The notes: generated by a model from the letters alone, not told the origin. Shown: positions 9,500 through 19,057, numbered from the stretch's first letter. The stretch: DNA of 64,000 nucleotides from Flavobacteriales bacterium (GCA_020635855.1 JACJYZ010000003.1:49937-113936); one strand, 5' to 3'. A program made the numbers and translations.

Positions 9500-9907
9500 T
9501 TAGTCAAAGATCACCAGGGTTCCCGCATCCGCCTGTTCTTTGTTTTCGGAGATGGTGACTTGCACCTGCACCGATGTGGTGAGGGAGGGGGAAGTCAGCG
9601 TGCTGTCTTTGGAGTACACATAAATGGTGTACTTGCCTTTTCGCAGGTATTTGAATTCGAACCGGCCGTCGGGAGAGGCCCTGAGCCTGTCGCTGTAACT
9701 GATGTCATCTCCGTAAATGATATACACATCCTCGTCTGCGCCGGGATATTCTCCATTCAGTACTGTGAAGCTGGGGTTGTAATCTTTCACCCAGATCATT
9801 CCTTTGATGCTGGCATTGCCTCCTTCACCCGCTTCCTTGGAACAGGCGGCAAAAAGTGAGGCCAGGAGTGCCAGCAGGGTGATGGATCGTATGTGGTTCT
9901 TTTTCAT
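9500..9907 (-). CDS. Small lipoprotein with carboxypeptidase-regulatory-like/transthyretin-like beta-sandwich
   Basis: MKKNHIRSITLLALLASLFAACSKE (lipobox LFAAC). Core DGRFEFKYLRKGKYTIYV resembles CarboxypepD_reg-like domains. The ORF track's longer start is a TTG codon. Confidence 0.5.
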   Translation of the reverse strand: MKKNHIRSITLLALLASLFAACSKEAGEGGNASIKGMIWVKDYNPSFTVLNGEYPGADEDVYIIYGDDISYSDRLRASPDGRFEFKYLRKGKYTIYVYSKDSTLTSPSLTTSVQVQVTISENKEQADAGTLVIFD

Positions 9908-9942
9908 GGATTGTATGTGTATCAAATTGGGTACTCCGAAGG

Positions 9943-12216
9943 TTATTTCATCACCACCAGTTTCAATGCCCGTGATTCATTTACGCGCACAAAGTAGATG
10001 CCGTTTGATAAGGTACGGATATCAACCGTTTCGGTAGAAGTACCGGTTGTTTTTTCCAGCACCTGTTCTCCCAGGTGGTTGTAGATGCGGATGGTGCGCA
10101 GGTCGCGCCCGTCCTCAAAATTCAAGCGGATGGTGGAGCCGGCAGGATTCGGATAACATTGAAAGGTGATGGCGGCCAGGTCTTCCACAGAGGAAGTCTT
10201 GCAGTTCGAATACCCATGACTTGTGTACGGCAATACCACAACCGGACCGGTACCGTTGGGGCATCGGCCTTCCGATACATCCGGCTGTTGGGGTCCGTAA
10301 CTGAGGCTGTCGATGATGGTGCCCGTGACCGATGACAGGATCAGGTGCTCACCTTCCGTGGCCAGTTTGAAATTGGCATGCAGGTAGTTTGGGATAGAAA
10401 CATCTTCATCGGCCCAGATGATGAGGTAGTCTTTCGGAGCGATGGTGGTACCCTGGGGAAAGGCGAACTTCTTAGGGTTCTCAATATCATCGCTCAGGTA
10501 CAACCCAAACAGGTCCACCGCGGAAGAGGTGGTGTTGTACAGTTCGATCCAGTCTTCACGGTCACCCGACTCGTCTTTCTCGCCACTTTGGTTGGAGGCG
10601 AGGTATTCGTTGATGGTCACATCGCCCGGATGGCTCACATCGATGTGGGCGGTGAGGGTGTAGAATTCATGTTCGGCACGTTCAGGTGAGAAAATACCCG
10701 CATCATTGTTCTCGGCGTAGATGTAGTACTGGGCCTGCAGCGATTGCATGTTGAAAGACGCACCATATATGCTGTCGCCGGCTGTGCCGTCGTTGTGGGC
10801 GCCGTCGTCATACATCTCCACGCGTGTGAACCGGTCGGTCAGACTATGGCGATAGCCCAGGTATACTGCAGTGCCGCCAGATACCCTGGCGGTGATGGTC
10901 ACCTGGCTGTTCAGGTCCGGGGCGGAGCTGCTAGCTTGTATGGATGTTACCCCAGGAGGAACGGCCTTGAATTCCGTGGTGGATTGCAGGTAGGTGACCC
11001 TGGCGTTCATCAGGTTGCCGATGCCCGGAATGGTGAGGCTGCCGTTGGCCACGTCGGCCGTCATGCCATTCTGAAAATCGCTGTATGAATAAAACTTGTT
11101 GGAGTCGGATTGCACGGAGGCATCGATCGTGGTTTGCATCTGTGCCGCCATCGATTCGTACGTGCTGTTGGCGAAGAACTCATTTGCGATGGTGCGGGCA
11201 TGCGCGATGTACATACGCTTGTACATCGGGATGGCCAGCAGGTTTTTGATCAGCGGCCAGTAAGTGTCGGTAGCGTGCAGCGTCAGGGGCAACTGCTGCA
11301 TGTTGGTGGGGGAGAGGGTGCCCAGGCTGCTGTTACCGCTGCCTGCAAAGGCAAATCCGCCGAACGACATGTTCAGGTCCCACACGATGGGATTGAAGCG
11401 GCCGGTCGCATCCTTGTATATGTAATAGTTCTGGCAGAAGGCGCCGCTGTAGCTGTCGAGGTTCACCAGGAGGTTGTCGAAGGCCAGCATCCACAGGGCC
11501 CGGTCGATGTCGAGCACGTTGTCGATGGCGTTCGGCACATTGGTGACGGTATCGCAGAGGTTTACCAGTTCATTCCATCCGAAATCCGACTTCAGCTCAT
11601 AAAAATTAAAATACTGTGAGCTGTCCGCCGACAGGTACCTCAGGCTGGCCTTGGTGGCCGGCGTGGGGTTTACGATGGGGTTGCATTTGACGAATGCATT
11701 CGAAGACGAGTAGAAGTGCGACGACAGGAATTGTTTGTTGATGCTCTCATCATTGGAATACACACCGATGTACCGGCCGTTGATGTAGAGTTCCGCAAAG
11801 TTCGACCGCGGGCAATCCATGTAATTCCCCAGCACGGCATACGACAACACCTCCCGGATCATGGAGGGGTCGGCGTAACCGTTCCCCAGCTTGATGTCCT
11901 TGATCCCCTGGTACGACTGGTTCTTGTAGGTGTCCAGCTCTATGTGGAGGGGATTTTTGATGTAGGTGGAATCGTACGAACTGTTGCCTTTGTACTTCAC
12001 ACCCACACTGTCTAACAGCGTTCCGTTGATGCGGATGGAATCGGCCATGGTGTACCCTTCGTTTCCGTACTTGGCGGTGTCCATGGCGAGATCCCAGTCG
12101 GGTTGTGAAAAGAACACTTCTATCTTTTGAAGCGTGTTCAGGTCATACAGATCGGTTTGCGCTTCAGATGAAAGAAAAAAGAAAACCAACAACACCAGGC
12201 TCGATACCCTTCTCAT
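9943..12216 (-). CDS. CotH-family atypical protein kinase with lamin-tail (LTD) domain and T9SS C-terminal sorting domain
   Basis: Signal peptide MRRVSSLVLLVFFFLSSEAQ. CotH core (ELYINGRYIGVYSNDESINKQFL ... WDLNMSFGGF). LTD-like VTINEYLASN...DWIELYNTTSSAVDLFGLYLSDD. CTD YPNPAGSTIRLNF...IYFVRVNESRALKLVVMK. Confidence 0.75.
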   Translation of the reverse strand: MRRVSSLVLLVFFFLSSEAQTDLYDLNTLQKIEVFFSQPDWDLAMDTAKYGNEGYTMADSIRINGTLLDSVGVKYKGNSSYDSTYIKNPLHIELDTYKNQSYQGIKDIKLGNGYADPSMIREVLSYAVLGNYMDCPRSNFAELYINGRYIGVYSNDESINKQFLSSHFYSSSNAFVKCNPIVNPTPATKASLRYLSADSSQYFNFYELKSDFGWNELVNLCDTVTNVPNAIDNVLDIDRALWMLAFDNLLVNLDSYSGAFCQNYYIYKDATGRFNPIVWDLNMSFGGFAFAGSGNSSLGTLSPTNMQQLPLTLHATDTYWPLIKNLLAIPMYKRMYIAHARTIANEFFANSTYESMAAQMQTTIDASVQSDSNKFYSYSDFQNGMTADVANGSLTIPGIGNLMNARVTYLQSTTEFKAVPPGVTSIQASSSAPDLNSQVTITARVSGGTAVYLGYRHSLTDRFTRVEMYDDGAHNDGTAGDSIYGASFNMQSLQAQYYIYAENNDAGIFSPERAEHEFYTLTAHIDVSHPGDVTINEYLASNQSGEKDESGDREDWIELYNTTSSAVDLFGLYLSDDIENPKKFAFPQGTTIAPKDYLIIWADEDVSIPNYLHANFKLATEGEHLILSSVTGTIIDSLSYGPQQPDVSEGRCPNGTGPVVVLPYTSHGYSNCKTSSVEDLAAITFQCYPNPAGSTIRLNFEDGRDLRTIRIYNHLGEQVLEKTTGTSTETVDIRTLSNGIYFVRVNESRALKLVVMK

Positions 12217-12223
12217 GCTTCAC

Positions 12224-13228
12224 TTATTCAATGATGAGTTTTTCTGCGGAAAATGAATGGTCGTCGTACAGCACGTGGATGAAGTAGGTGCCGGCGCTCA
12301 ATCCTTCGGCATCCACCCTGAATGTGTCTCCATCCACCTCGGCATACCTGCTTGACACACGGCCGAGCGCGTCTGTGATCACGACGGATTTGTTACCGGC
12401 CTTGTTCATGAACGACAAGGTAAAGGCACCGTGTGTGGGGTTCGGGTACACCTTGATGGGATGGGCCCGCAGCAGATCACGGATGCCGCTGGTGCTGCAA
12501 TCGCTGCAGCCGGCAAAGCACACCACGGGTAAAACCGAGTCGGCCGACAGGGTGATGGCGCGGTTTGAATTGGTGGCACATGCGCCGGGAACGGTCTCGG
12601 CCATGGATGTCATCTCACCATTGTAGTATTTGTATTCGTAGGTGCCGGATGTCACATAGCAGATCTTTTCATGCACATCTGCAGGTGCGGCATCGAAGTG
12701 GTAGAGGAAGTCGCTTTGGGTGTCCCAGGATTGGAAGTCGCCGGCCACGTGTGCGCCATCCGCATCCACGGTTTCTTTTTGCATATCCACCTGGAAGCGG
12801 AGCAGCAATTGGCCCTCGGGTGCATTTGAGGCGAAGACGATGTTGCCTATGAAGGTGGTGTCATCGGCGAGGGAGTCCACGTACAACCAACGGTTGTCGT
12901 TGAAGTCGTAACCCACCCGTGAGGGTTCGGGCACGAATTCGGCTTCGTAGAACTGGTCACCGTTCAGAAACTTGTACTCATACTTTTGGAAGGCGGGGAT
13001 GTCTACAACGATGCTGTAGATACCGCTGCTGTCTTCCTCGGTGAGGGGGGTGCATTCTGCGCACCAGTCGCTCGCGTATCCTGCCGCCACCTGGAAGTCG
13101 CCGGAGATATGCACACCGGTGGTATTCACAATCTCGTTGCGCATGTCCACCGCAAACTTCACTTTCTTCGCAAACAGGGAGCCTGTAAGTCCGACCAACA
13201 GGCATAGCATCGTACTGAATCGTTTCAT
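12224..13228 (-). CDS. Secreted protein with two tandem carbohydrate-binding-module-like domains and T9SS CTD
   Basis: Signal peptide MKRFSTMLCLLVGLTGSLFA. Two ~100-aa repeats (KVKFAVDMRNEIVNTTGVHISGDFQ... / LLLRFQVDMQKETVDADGAHVAGDFQSW...) resembling starch/glycan-binding beta-sandwich modules. CTD VYPNPTHGAFTLSF...YFIHVLYDDHSFSAEKLIIE. Confidence 0.5.
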   Translation of the reverse strand: MKRFSTMLCLLVGLTGSLFAKKVKFAVDMRNEIVNTTGVHISGDFQVAAGYASDWCAECTPLTEEDSSGIYSIVVDIPAFQKYEYKFLNGDQFYEAEFVPEPSRVGYDFNDNRWLYVDSLADDTTFIGNIVFASNAPEGQLLLRFQVDMQKETVDADGAHVAGDFQSWDTQSDFLYHFDAAPADVHEKICYVTSGTYEYKYYNGEMTSMAETVPGACATNSNRAITLSADSVLPVVCFAGCSDCSTSGIRDLLRAHPIKVYPNPTHGAFTLSFMNKAGNKSVVITDALGRVSSRYAEVDGDTFRVDAEGLSAGTYFIHVLYDDHSFSAEKLIIE

Positions 13229-13287
13229 AGGCGGGTGTTATTTCAGGCAGCGGAGGGCGATCACCCTCCGCTGCCTGGTGGAGAAGA

Positions 13288-14970
13288 TTATCTGGTTAAT
13301 ACAATTCTTTGTTGAACAGGCTGTGCATGTTCCGGCCGGATGATGATGGTGTACACACCGTTCTCGTATTCCGACATATCCACCTGGTAGAGGTTCTTGT
13401 TTTGCAGAACGGTTCTGCCGGCGGCATCCATCACATACAGGTCAAAGCGTTTGCCGGTCATTCCGGCATCTTTGATGTGTACAAGGCCTGTGGTGGGATT
13501 GGGGTAGATGTTGAAGTTCACTGTTTCTTCCGGCATATCCAGGCCGGTGACCAGGAAGTTGTAGCCGGTTGAATAGCTGTAGATGCAGCCGTTGGCATCC
13601 AGCACCCGCACCAGGTAAATTCCGTTTTCGGCCGGGGTATAGGTTTGGTTGGTGGCACCATTGATGGGTTGTCCGTTCAGGTACCATTGGTAGGCGGTTC
13701 CGGATGTGCTGCTCAGTGTGGCACCGTTCAGCGTGATCTGCGGAATGGTGGGTACGCTGCTGCTGACATAACACTCCGAGTAGCGCTGTGCCTGCGGAAC
13801 GGTTCCGCTTACTGTTTTTGACCAGATGGTGGTACCGTTGGGATCCACTTCATAGATGAGGCCTGAAGTAGCCATGCACACCTGCATGTTGCCGTTGGGC
13901 AGCTGCACGGAGTTGGCCATGTTGCTGCTGTAACCGTTACAGGCGTGCCGTTCGGTGTAGGTGGTCGGACTGTAAGCGGAGCCGAGGGTGATGTCATAGT
14001 TGTAGCCGTTCAGGGGAACGTCGATCTGGTCTACGGAAGACTTGGAAGATGACACGCCCCTGTTGTTGAATCCTACGAGGCGTCCGGCATTGGGCACGAA
14101 CTCGGGAATCCAGTGGGCATCGTGGGTCACGTCGAGTGCTGTTGATCCGGAAGCGCCGTACGATGACGGGTTGCCATAGCGGTAGAGGAAATCCCCGCCT
14201 TTACCGGCGTTGCCGCCGCTGTGTGAGGCTGCTTCGGAGGTGGTGGTGCTGTGGTCGATGATGAACCACATGTCCTGGTTGTGTGAGCTGAGGGCGATCT
14301 GATCAAGTACGGGATTGTAGTCGATGCCGTTCATGTGAAACCAGTCTTTACTGATGGAGAAGTTCACGTTCATTAATTCAGGGTGGTTCACAATGGAGCT
14401 TTGGTAATTGGGTTTGTTGGCATCCACATTTTGCAGGATGTGGTCCCAAAGGCGCCATTCCCATACCACGTTGCCGGTGGTGGCGCCGGTGGGTTGCACT
14501 TCCATGATCTTTTCACTCCATACGCTGCCGTTGTAGGTACAGCCGGCTGCGGCCACATCGGTGGAGGAGATCACGTCATAGGAAATCAGGAGTACGTTGC
14601 CGTTCGGCAGCGGACAGAAATCGTGATGGAGGCAGTAGGTGGAAGAGGAGTATGTGAAGTCCCACAGCACCGTTCCGTTCCAATCTACTTTTTGCACGCG
14701 GCCGGTCATGCCACCTCCATTGAGTGAATTGGAGTTGGTCAGTGAGCGCCACAGGATACCGCCGGGCATCAGGTAAATGGAATACCCGGTCTGGTCGGAT
14801 GAGTTGTGGTTCCATGTATGGTAGGTGGTACCTGCGGTATCAATCAGGTAGGTGGTGGAAGACCTTTGCACGCTATACAGGATATAGCCTGGATATTGCT
14901 GTGCTTTTGAGTCGGAAGATGCGAAAAGAAAGGCAATGCAGGCGATGCCCAAAAGTAGTTTTCGGTTCAT
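13288..14970 (-). CDS. Secreted beta-propeller protein (arylsulfotransferase/ASST-like fold) with T9SS CTD
   Basis: Start refined to the internal ATG (14968-14970) preceding signal peptide MNRKLLLGIACIAFLFASSDSKAQQ. The longer ORF N-terminus is an artefact running through a tandem repeat. Repeated W/H-containing blades (HMNGIDYN, DFLYRYGNPSSYG). CTD IYPNPTTGLVHIK...IVLTR. Confidence 0.45.
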   Translation of the reverse strand: MNRKLLLGIACIAFLFASSDSKAQQYPGYILYSVQRSSTTYLIDTAGTTYHTWNHNSSDQTGYSIYLMPGGILWRSLTNSNSLNGGGMTGRVQKVDWNGTVLWDFTYSSSTYCLHHDFCPLPNGNVLLISYDVISSTDVAAAGCTYNGSVWSEKIMEVQPTGATTGNVVWEWRLWDHILQNVDANKPNYQSSIVNHPELMNVNFSISKDWFHMNGIDYNPVLDQIALSSHNQDMWFIIDHSTTTSEAASHSGGNAGKGGDFLYRYGNPSSYGASGSTALDVTHDAHWIPEFVPNAGRLVGFNNRGVSSSKSSVDQIDVPLNGYNYDITLGSAYSPTTYTERHACNGYSSNMANSVQLPNGNMQVCMATSGLIYEVDPNGTTIWSKTVSGTVPQAQRYSECYVSSSVPTIPQITLNGATLSSTSGTAYQWYLNGQPINGATNQTYTPAENGIYLVRVLDANGCIYSYSTGYNFLVTGLDMPEETVNFNIYPNPTTGLVHIKDAGMTGKRFDLYVMDAAGRTVLQNKNLYQVDMSEYENGVYTIIIRPEHAQPVQQRIVLTR

Positions 14971-15067
14971 AGGGGTTCGGTTTAAGTTCATTAATACGTA
15001 AGCTCCTGATCTGATTCCGGAGGATTCGGACCAGGCGGATGGATGCGACCGGTTCGGACACACGCCA

Positions 15068-15110
15068 CCCATTTCCACAGCGCCAGTTCCAATTTCCACA
15101 GCGCCAGTTC
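15068..15110. repeat. Perfect tandem duplication of a 21-nt unit (TTTCCACAGCGCCAGTTCCAA x2) ~100 nt upstream of the 13288-14970 gene start
   Basis: Direct reading: cacccatttccacagcgccagttccaatttccacagcgccagttccaataag. Confidence 0.8.
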
Positions 15111-15248
15111 CAATAAGATACAAAATGTTAACAGAAGTTTAATTTGGGGTGGCCGAAAAATGAAGGGCGGATATGCCAACGTCGCGGAATGCCCGTTGGG
15201 GCATCAAATTCACCCGATGGGGTTTTCGTATCACCCGATGATTTTTTT

Positions 15249-15318
15249 GCTGTATGCTGTATGCTGTTGCCGTATGCTTGCCCGCCGTAGCCTTGGCGAA
15301 GGAGGGCTGTATGCTCAC
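15249..15318. repeat. GCTGTATGC-type repeat element with 26-nt core CCGCCGTAGCCTTGGCGAAGGAGGGC
   Basis: gctgtatgctgtatgctgttgccgtatgcttgcccgccgtagccttggcgaaggagggctgtatgctcac. The same core recurs at 22864-22889. Confidence 0.7.
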
Positions 15319-15935
15319 TTCCTTCTCTTCTCCATTTCCTCCGCGATCACCCTCCCTGCCTCATCCTGTTGTTTCAGCATGGAGATGATGTGTTCATAGC
15401 TTTCGGGGTCACGATCCTGGCTCAGCTTGAACACCGTGTCCAGTTTGGTGATCTCGATTTCGAACGCCACGATGGCTTTCAGCAGCTTTTGTCTGTAGTC
15501 GGCGGGCAGGTTGCTGTACACGGTGGGGGATTGTTCGTTGCCACCTTCGAAGTGCAGCGAGGTGAGTTGGAGCACTTCTTCCAATGCGGTCTCATCCAGG
15601 AAGCGGATGGTTCCGCCGGCGTGTACGCTCATGTAGTTCCAGGTGGAAGGGGTGTGCGGGTTGCTGTACCACGAACCGCTCACATAGGTGTGATGCCCTG
15701 AAAAAACAACCAGCACGTGGGGGTTGTTCGTGAAAGCCAGGTGGTGATCGGTTTTTTTCATCATGTGTCCACGGAGGATTTGTCGCCCGTTGTGTGTTTC
15801 GATGAACATGGGGATCTGCGTGGCGATGGGCCGGTTGTTGGCATCGCACCCCGAGATGTAGGCAAATGGGTACCTGGCGATGAAGTCAACAACGACTTTG
15901 GGGTCGTTTTCTTTGTGGTAAGGCAGGTTATACAT
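15315..15935 (-). CDS. paiB: FMN-binding negative transcriptional regulator PaiB family protein
   Basis: MYNLPYHKENDPKVVVDFIARYPFAYISG...FEIEITKLDTVFKLSQDR matches the PaiB-like family pattern. ATG at 15933-15935. Confidence 0.7.
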   Translation of the reverse strand: MYNLPYHKENDPKVVVDFIARYPFAYISGCDANNRPIATQIPMFIETHNGRQILRGHMMKKTDHHLAFTNNPHVLVVFSGHHTYVSGSWYSNPHTPSTWNYMSVHAGGTIRFLDETALEEVLQLTSLHFEGGNEQSPTVYSNLPADYRQKLLKAIVAFEIEITKLDTVFKLSQDRDPESYEHIISMLKQQDEAGRVIAEEMEKRRK

Positions 15936-16008
15936 AATCAGGCGCCGGGTTAGCAACGGCATGCCCAAGATAGCACATTGCCTGTTCAAAGGCCGGATGC
16001 ATACGGTT

Positions 16009-16044
16009 TGTTACTCTTGCAGTATGCTGTATGCTCTTGCAGTA
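16009..16044. repeat. GCTGTATGC-type repeat element (ctcttgcagtatgctgtatgctcttgcagtatgctt)
   Basis: Direct reading. Lies immediately 3' of the DUF2200 gene. Confidence 0.7.
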
Positions 16045-16047
16045 TGC

Positions 16048-16398
16048 TTATTCCCTCAGAATCTTCTCCATCTTCCTTCCTTTCGCCAGTTCATCCACCA
16101 GCTTATCCATGTACCGGATCTTTTGCATGAGCGGCTCTTCGATCTCTTCCACGCGATAGCCGCAGATCACACCGGTGATTTTGGACGCGTTGGGGTTCAT
16201 GCGGGGTGCTTGTGCGAAGAAATCCTCGAAGTTGGTTTTGTTGAGGATCTGTTGTTGGAGGGACGTGGCGTCGTACCCGGTGAGCCAGCAGATGACGGTA
16301 TCCACTTCTTCCTTGGTGCGTCCTTTCCGCTCCGCTTTGTTCACGTAATGCGGGTACACGCTGGCAAAGGACATTTTAAAGACGCGTTCGTTGTTCAT
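16048..16398 (-). CDS. DUF2200 domain protein
   Basis: [36 protein letters not shown] is the recalled DUF2200 signature. 116 aa. Confidence 0.6.
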   Translation of the reverse strand: MNNERVFKMSFASVYPHYVNKAERKGRTKEEVDTVICWLTGYDATSLQQQILNKTNFEDFFAQAPRMNPNASKITGVICGYRVEEIEEPLMQKIRYMDKLVDELAKGRKMEKILRE

Positions 16399-16522
16399 GA
16401 CTATTTCTTTATAAGGCCAGGTTCAAGAGATACCGGTGCACGAAATATAGGGAAGTTCCCACAAAAAAGGCGACCGATATTCGATCGCCTTTTTGATTTG
16501 GAAAGTAAGAGATGTGGTTCGC

Positions 16523-18055
16523 CTAGCGATTCAGAATCAGGCGTTGCACCTTCTCTTCTCCTGTGAGTGTTTTAACCTTGATCAGGTACAGGCCTTGTTT
16601 CATGCCCGTCAGATCCAAGGTTGATTGCCGGCCGTTCAGATCAAGTTGCTTGACGATCTTCCCTGTGATATCCATCACTTGTACTTGTGCCATTTGGTCA
16701 TCACCGGTCAGTTCCATGTTGAAGATACCGGATGAAGGATTGGGATGAACATTCAGCTGAACAGCACTTTCAGCTGTGCTGATGCCGTCTGTTTTGCCTG
16801 AAGCATCCAGGTCCAGTGACAGGTCCCATGTACGCAGTTGCAATTGCTCGTCTGCATTGGTATATGCCGTAACAAAATACTGATCATACAGAATGGAGCT
16901 GGTTGACAATTGACAGGTACGTAACTGTTTGGCATATTCTCCGGATAACAATAGGTTTCCGGCAAGGTCAACCGAACTGGAATTGGTGTTGTAAACACTG
17001 ATCCTTATACCTTTTAGCCATTCTCTGTCTACCGTCACAAACCGGCCGTTGGAACCTGAGCCTTGCGCGATCACCGCATTATCCGGGGCGGGAGCTCCTT
17101 CAAGATCGGAATAGAGTTCTCCGGAATCAGCTTGCCTGAGCACCGAACCTGATGAGTAAACATTCCAGCGGATGGATTTCAGTTTTCCGTTGCTCTGACG
17201 AACAGTTGTCATGACTGCCAGTTGGTTGAGACGTGTAACGCTCACCGAGCTTATCGAATAAGCGCCATTTACATAAACGACAGTAGGTGTTCCGGAACTG
17301 CTGATGGTCACGCCCAAAACAACCAGGTTTGATGTGGCATCATCCCCGTAGCAAACAACCATTTTTGAAGGATTCACAGCAACACCGGTCAAGCTATATC
17401 CCACGTTATTAGCTGCGAAGGAAGTTTGCCCTACCTGCTGCAGATTGCCAGAGCTGGTCACGTCGTACACCGTGATATCAAGGTCAAACCCTGTTGATGA
17501 TTTCGATAGAACGGCAAAGCGATCATCATCCACTTTCAGAATATTATATTCTTTTTTGGCACCGAAGGAGATGCTTCCCCTGCGAATGATGTATCCGGCA
17601 GAGCTGATATCCCATACTTCAATGAGTTTGTTGTTGTATGTGGTTGACCACGTCCCGCTTATTGTAACAATCCGCGACTCGGACAGTACAGCGGCTTTGA
17701 CCACTTCAATTTCAGGACCAGGGGAGGTTTGCGTATCCCACAGGCTGATGTTTGTTGCTCCTGTGGTGATGTTCCAGGTTGACAGGGAGAGCTTGTTGTT
17801 AACGTTTCGGTAGGGCGTAACTACCCGTTCGGAATTGAGGCGCAACACGTCAAGCTGTTTCCCATATGCATAAATGTTATCTTCTGTTGTACTTACAATG
17901 CCGCCAAGTGCACTTCCCTTCGGGTTGATGTTTACATCCTGTGCGTAGGTGGTGGCCATTGCCATTGCGGAGATGGTCACTGCCAACAGAAAGCGTTTGT
18001 TCAGGCATTCCTCAACCCTACTGGCGGGCCTGGAGTTTTTGTAAAATAGTTTCAT
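16523..18055 (-). CDS. Secreted hypothetical protein (Ser/Thr-rich, beta-rich) with T9SS CTD
   Basis: Signal peptide region ...KRFLLAVTISAMAMATTYAQ. CTD HPNPSSGIFNMEL...LYLIKVKTLTGEEKVQRLILNR. Confidence 0.5.
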   Translation of the reverse strand: MKLFYKNSRPASRVEECLNKRFLLAVTISAMAMATTYAQDVNINPKGSALGGIVSTTEDNIYAYGKQLDVLRLNSERVVTPYRNVNNKLSLSTWNITTGATNISLWDTQTSPGPEIEVVKAAVLSESRIVTISGTWSTTYNNKLIEVWDISSAGYIIRRGSISFGAKKEYNILKVDDDRFAVLSKSSTGFDLDITVYDVTSSGNLQQVGQTSFAANNVGYSLTGVAVNPSKMVVCYGDDATSNLVVLGVTISSSGTPTVVYVNGAYSISSVSVTRLNQLAVMTTVRQSNGKLKSIRWNVYSSGSVLRQADSGELYSDLEGAPAPDNAVIAQGSGSNGRFVTVDREWLKGIRISVYNTNSSSVDLAGNLLLSGEYAKQLRTCQLSTSSILYDQYFVTAYTNADEQLQLRTWDLSLDLDASGKTDGISTAESAVQLNVHPNPSSGIFNMELTGDDQMAQVQVMDITGKIVKQLDLNGRQSTLDLTGMKQGLYLIKVKTLTGEEKVQRLILNR

Positions 18056-18256
18056 GGTGGTGTGTGTTGGTTTGTGTGGGTATTCGATGAATATCGCGGC
18101 CCATCAAAACTACCGTGAACAGGTGCTTCTTCGCGCCACAAATGTATGAACCGGTGGTTTGGATTCATCAGTGGCATGTGAGGGTTATTCTGGAGGTGGG
18201 TGTTGAAAAGCCGCATGCGGCAGGTGCCTTCCACCATACCATCAAACGGAGTGGGG

Positions 18257-18634
18257 TTAAATGGCAAAACGCAGCACGCCCAGCAGAAGCAAAACACCGA
18301 TGGATACAAGTATCATCAGGCGCAGTTCCACACGCAGGTTTTTCAGAAGCGGGAGTTGTGATGTAGCATCATCGAGCCAGGACAGGCTGTTGTATGGCTG
18401 CAGGTCTTCTTCTGTCAGGTAGCCGCCTTCTTTCAGAATGTCAACGGCCTTTTGCAGGTTCGTTTGCTTTACCTGAAGTTTCACCCCGCCGATGGCCTGG
18501 GAATACATGGGGTTGACTTGTGCAGTCAGCTCGTCCAGCGTACGGCATTCAATTCCTTCGGCCTCGAGCAACATCCGTGGCATGACAAGTTCCGTCGGGT
18601 AGTTGACAGTAATGATGGTGATGAAGCGGTTCAA
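18257..18634 (-). CDS. DUF2007-like small protein with C-terminal TM helix
   Basis: N-terminal FITIITVNYPTELVMPRMLLEAEGIEC resembles the DUF2007 fold. C-terminal LRLMILVSIGVLLLLGVL. Start codon is TTG in the ORF track; a shorter ATG start is possible. Confidence 0.4.
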   Translation of the reverse strand: MNRFITIITVNYPTELVMPRMLLEAEGIECRTLDELTAQVNPMYSQAIGGVKLQVKQTNLQKAVDILKEGGYLTEEDLQPYNSLSWLDDATSQLPLLKNLRVELRLMILVSIGVLLLLGVLRFAI

Positions 18635-19057
18635 CTATTCAGGATCAAAAGCCACCATCCATTCAATGCCGTACTTGTCCCTGAACATACCAAAACAGGA
18701 ACCGCCGGGGCTTTCTTCCATGGGTATTTCAACCTGTCCGCCTGCCGAAAGTCCGTTGAATAATCGGACGGCTTCTTCTTTGCTTTCCGCGGTGATGGAA
18801 ATTTTGCTTCGGTTTTCGTTTTCATTCGTTCGCCCCATCATTTCCGGAACATCATTGGCCAACAAAAAGTTTTTTCCAATGGGCAAGGCAATGTGCATGA
18901 TCTTGTTTGCCTCATGTTCCGGTACCTGGAATTCCGGACCTGCCAGGTCTTTGAACCGGACGATTTTCGCGAACGCTCCGCCGAAAACGGATTGGTAAAA
19001 GGTAAATGCTTCCTCGGTATTTCCATTGAAGTTAATGTGGGGATTGATCTGTGCCAT
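18635..19057 (-). CDS. VOC/glyoxalase-family protein (PhnB-like)
   Basis: MAQINPHINFNGNTEEAFTFYQSVFGG...MHIALPIG...GGSCFGMFRDKYGIEWMV is the typical VOC/3-demethylubiquinone-9 3-methyltransferase-like pattern. Confidence 0.65.
   Translation of the reverse strand: MAQINPHINFNGNTEEAFTFYQSVFGGAFAKIVRFKDLAGPEFQVPEHEANKIMHIALPIGKNFLLANDVPEMMGRTNENENRSKISITAESKEEAVRLFNGLSAGGQVEIPMEESPGGSCFGMFRDKYGIEWMVAFDPE

Noticed and set aside
13288-15123. N-terminal 51-aa extension of the beta-propeller gene ORF (MYLIGTGAVEIGTGAVEMGG...)
   Set aside because: The repeated GTGAVE peptide is simply the translation of the 21-nt tandem DNA repeat. A canonical signal peptide starts at the internal ATG 14970.
15961-16566. 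201-aa plus-strand ORF spanning the DUF2200 gene and the repeat element
   Set aside because: It is antisense to a well-supported DUF2200 CDS, runs through the GCTGTATGC repeat, and has no motifs.
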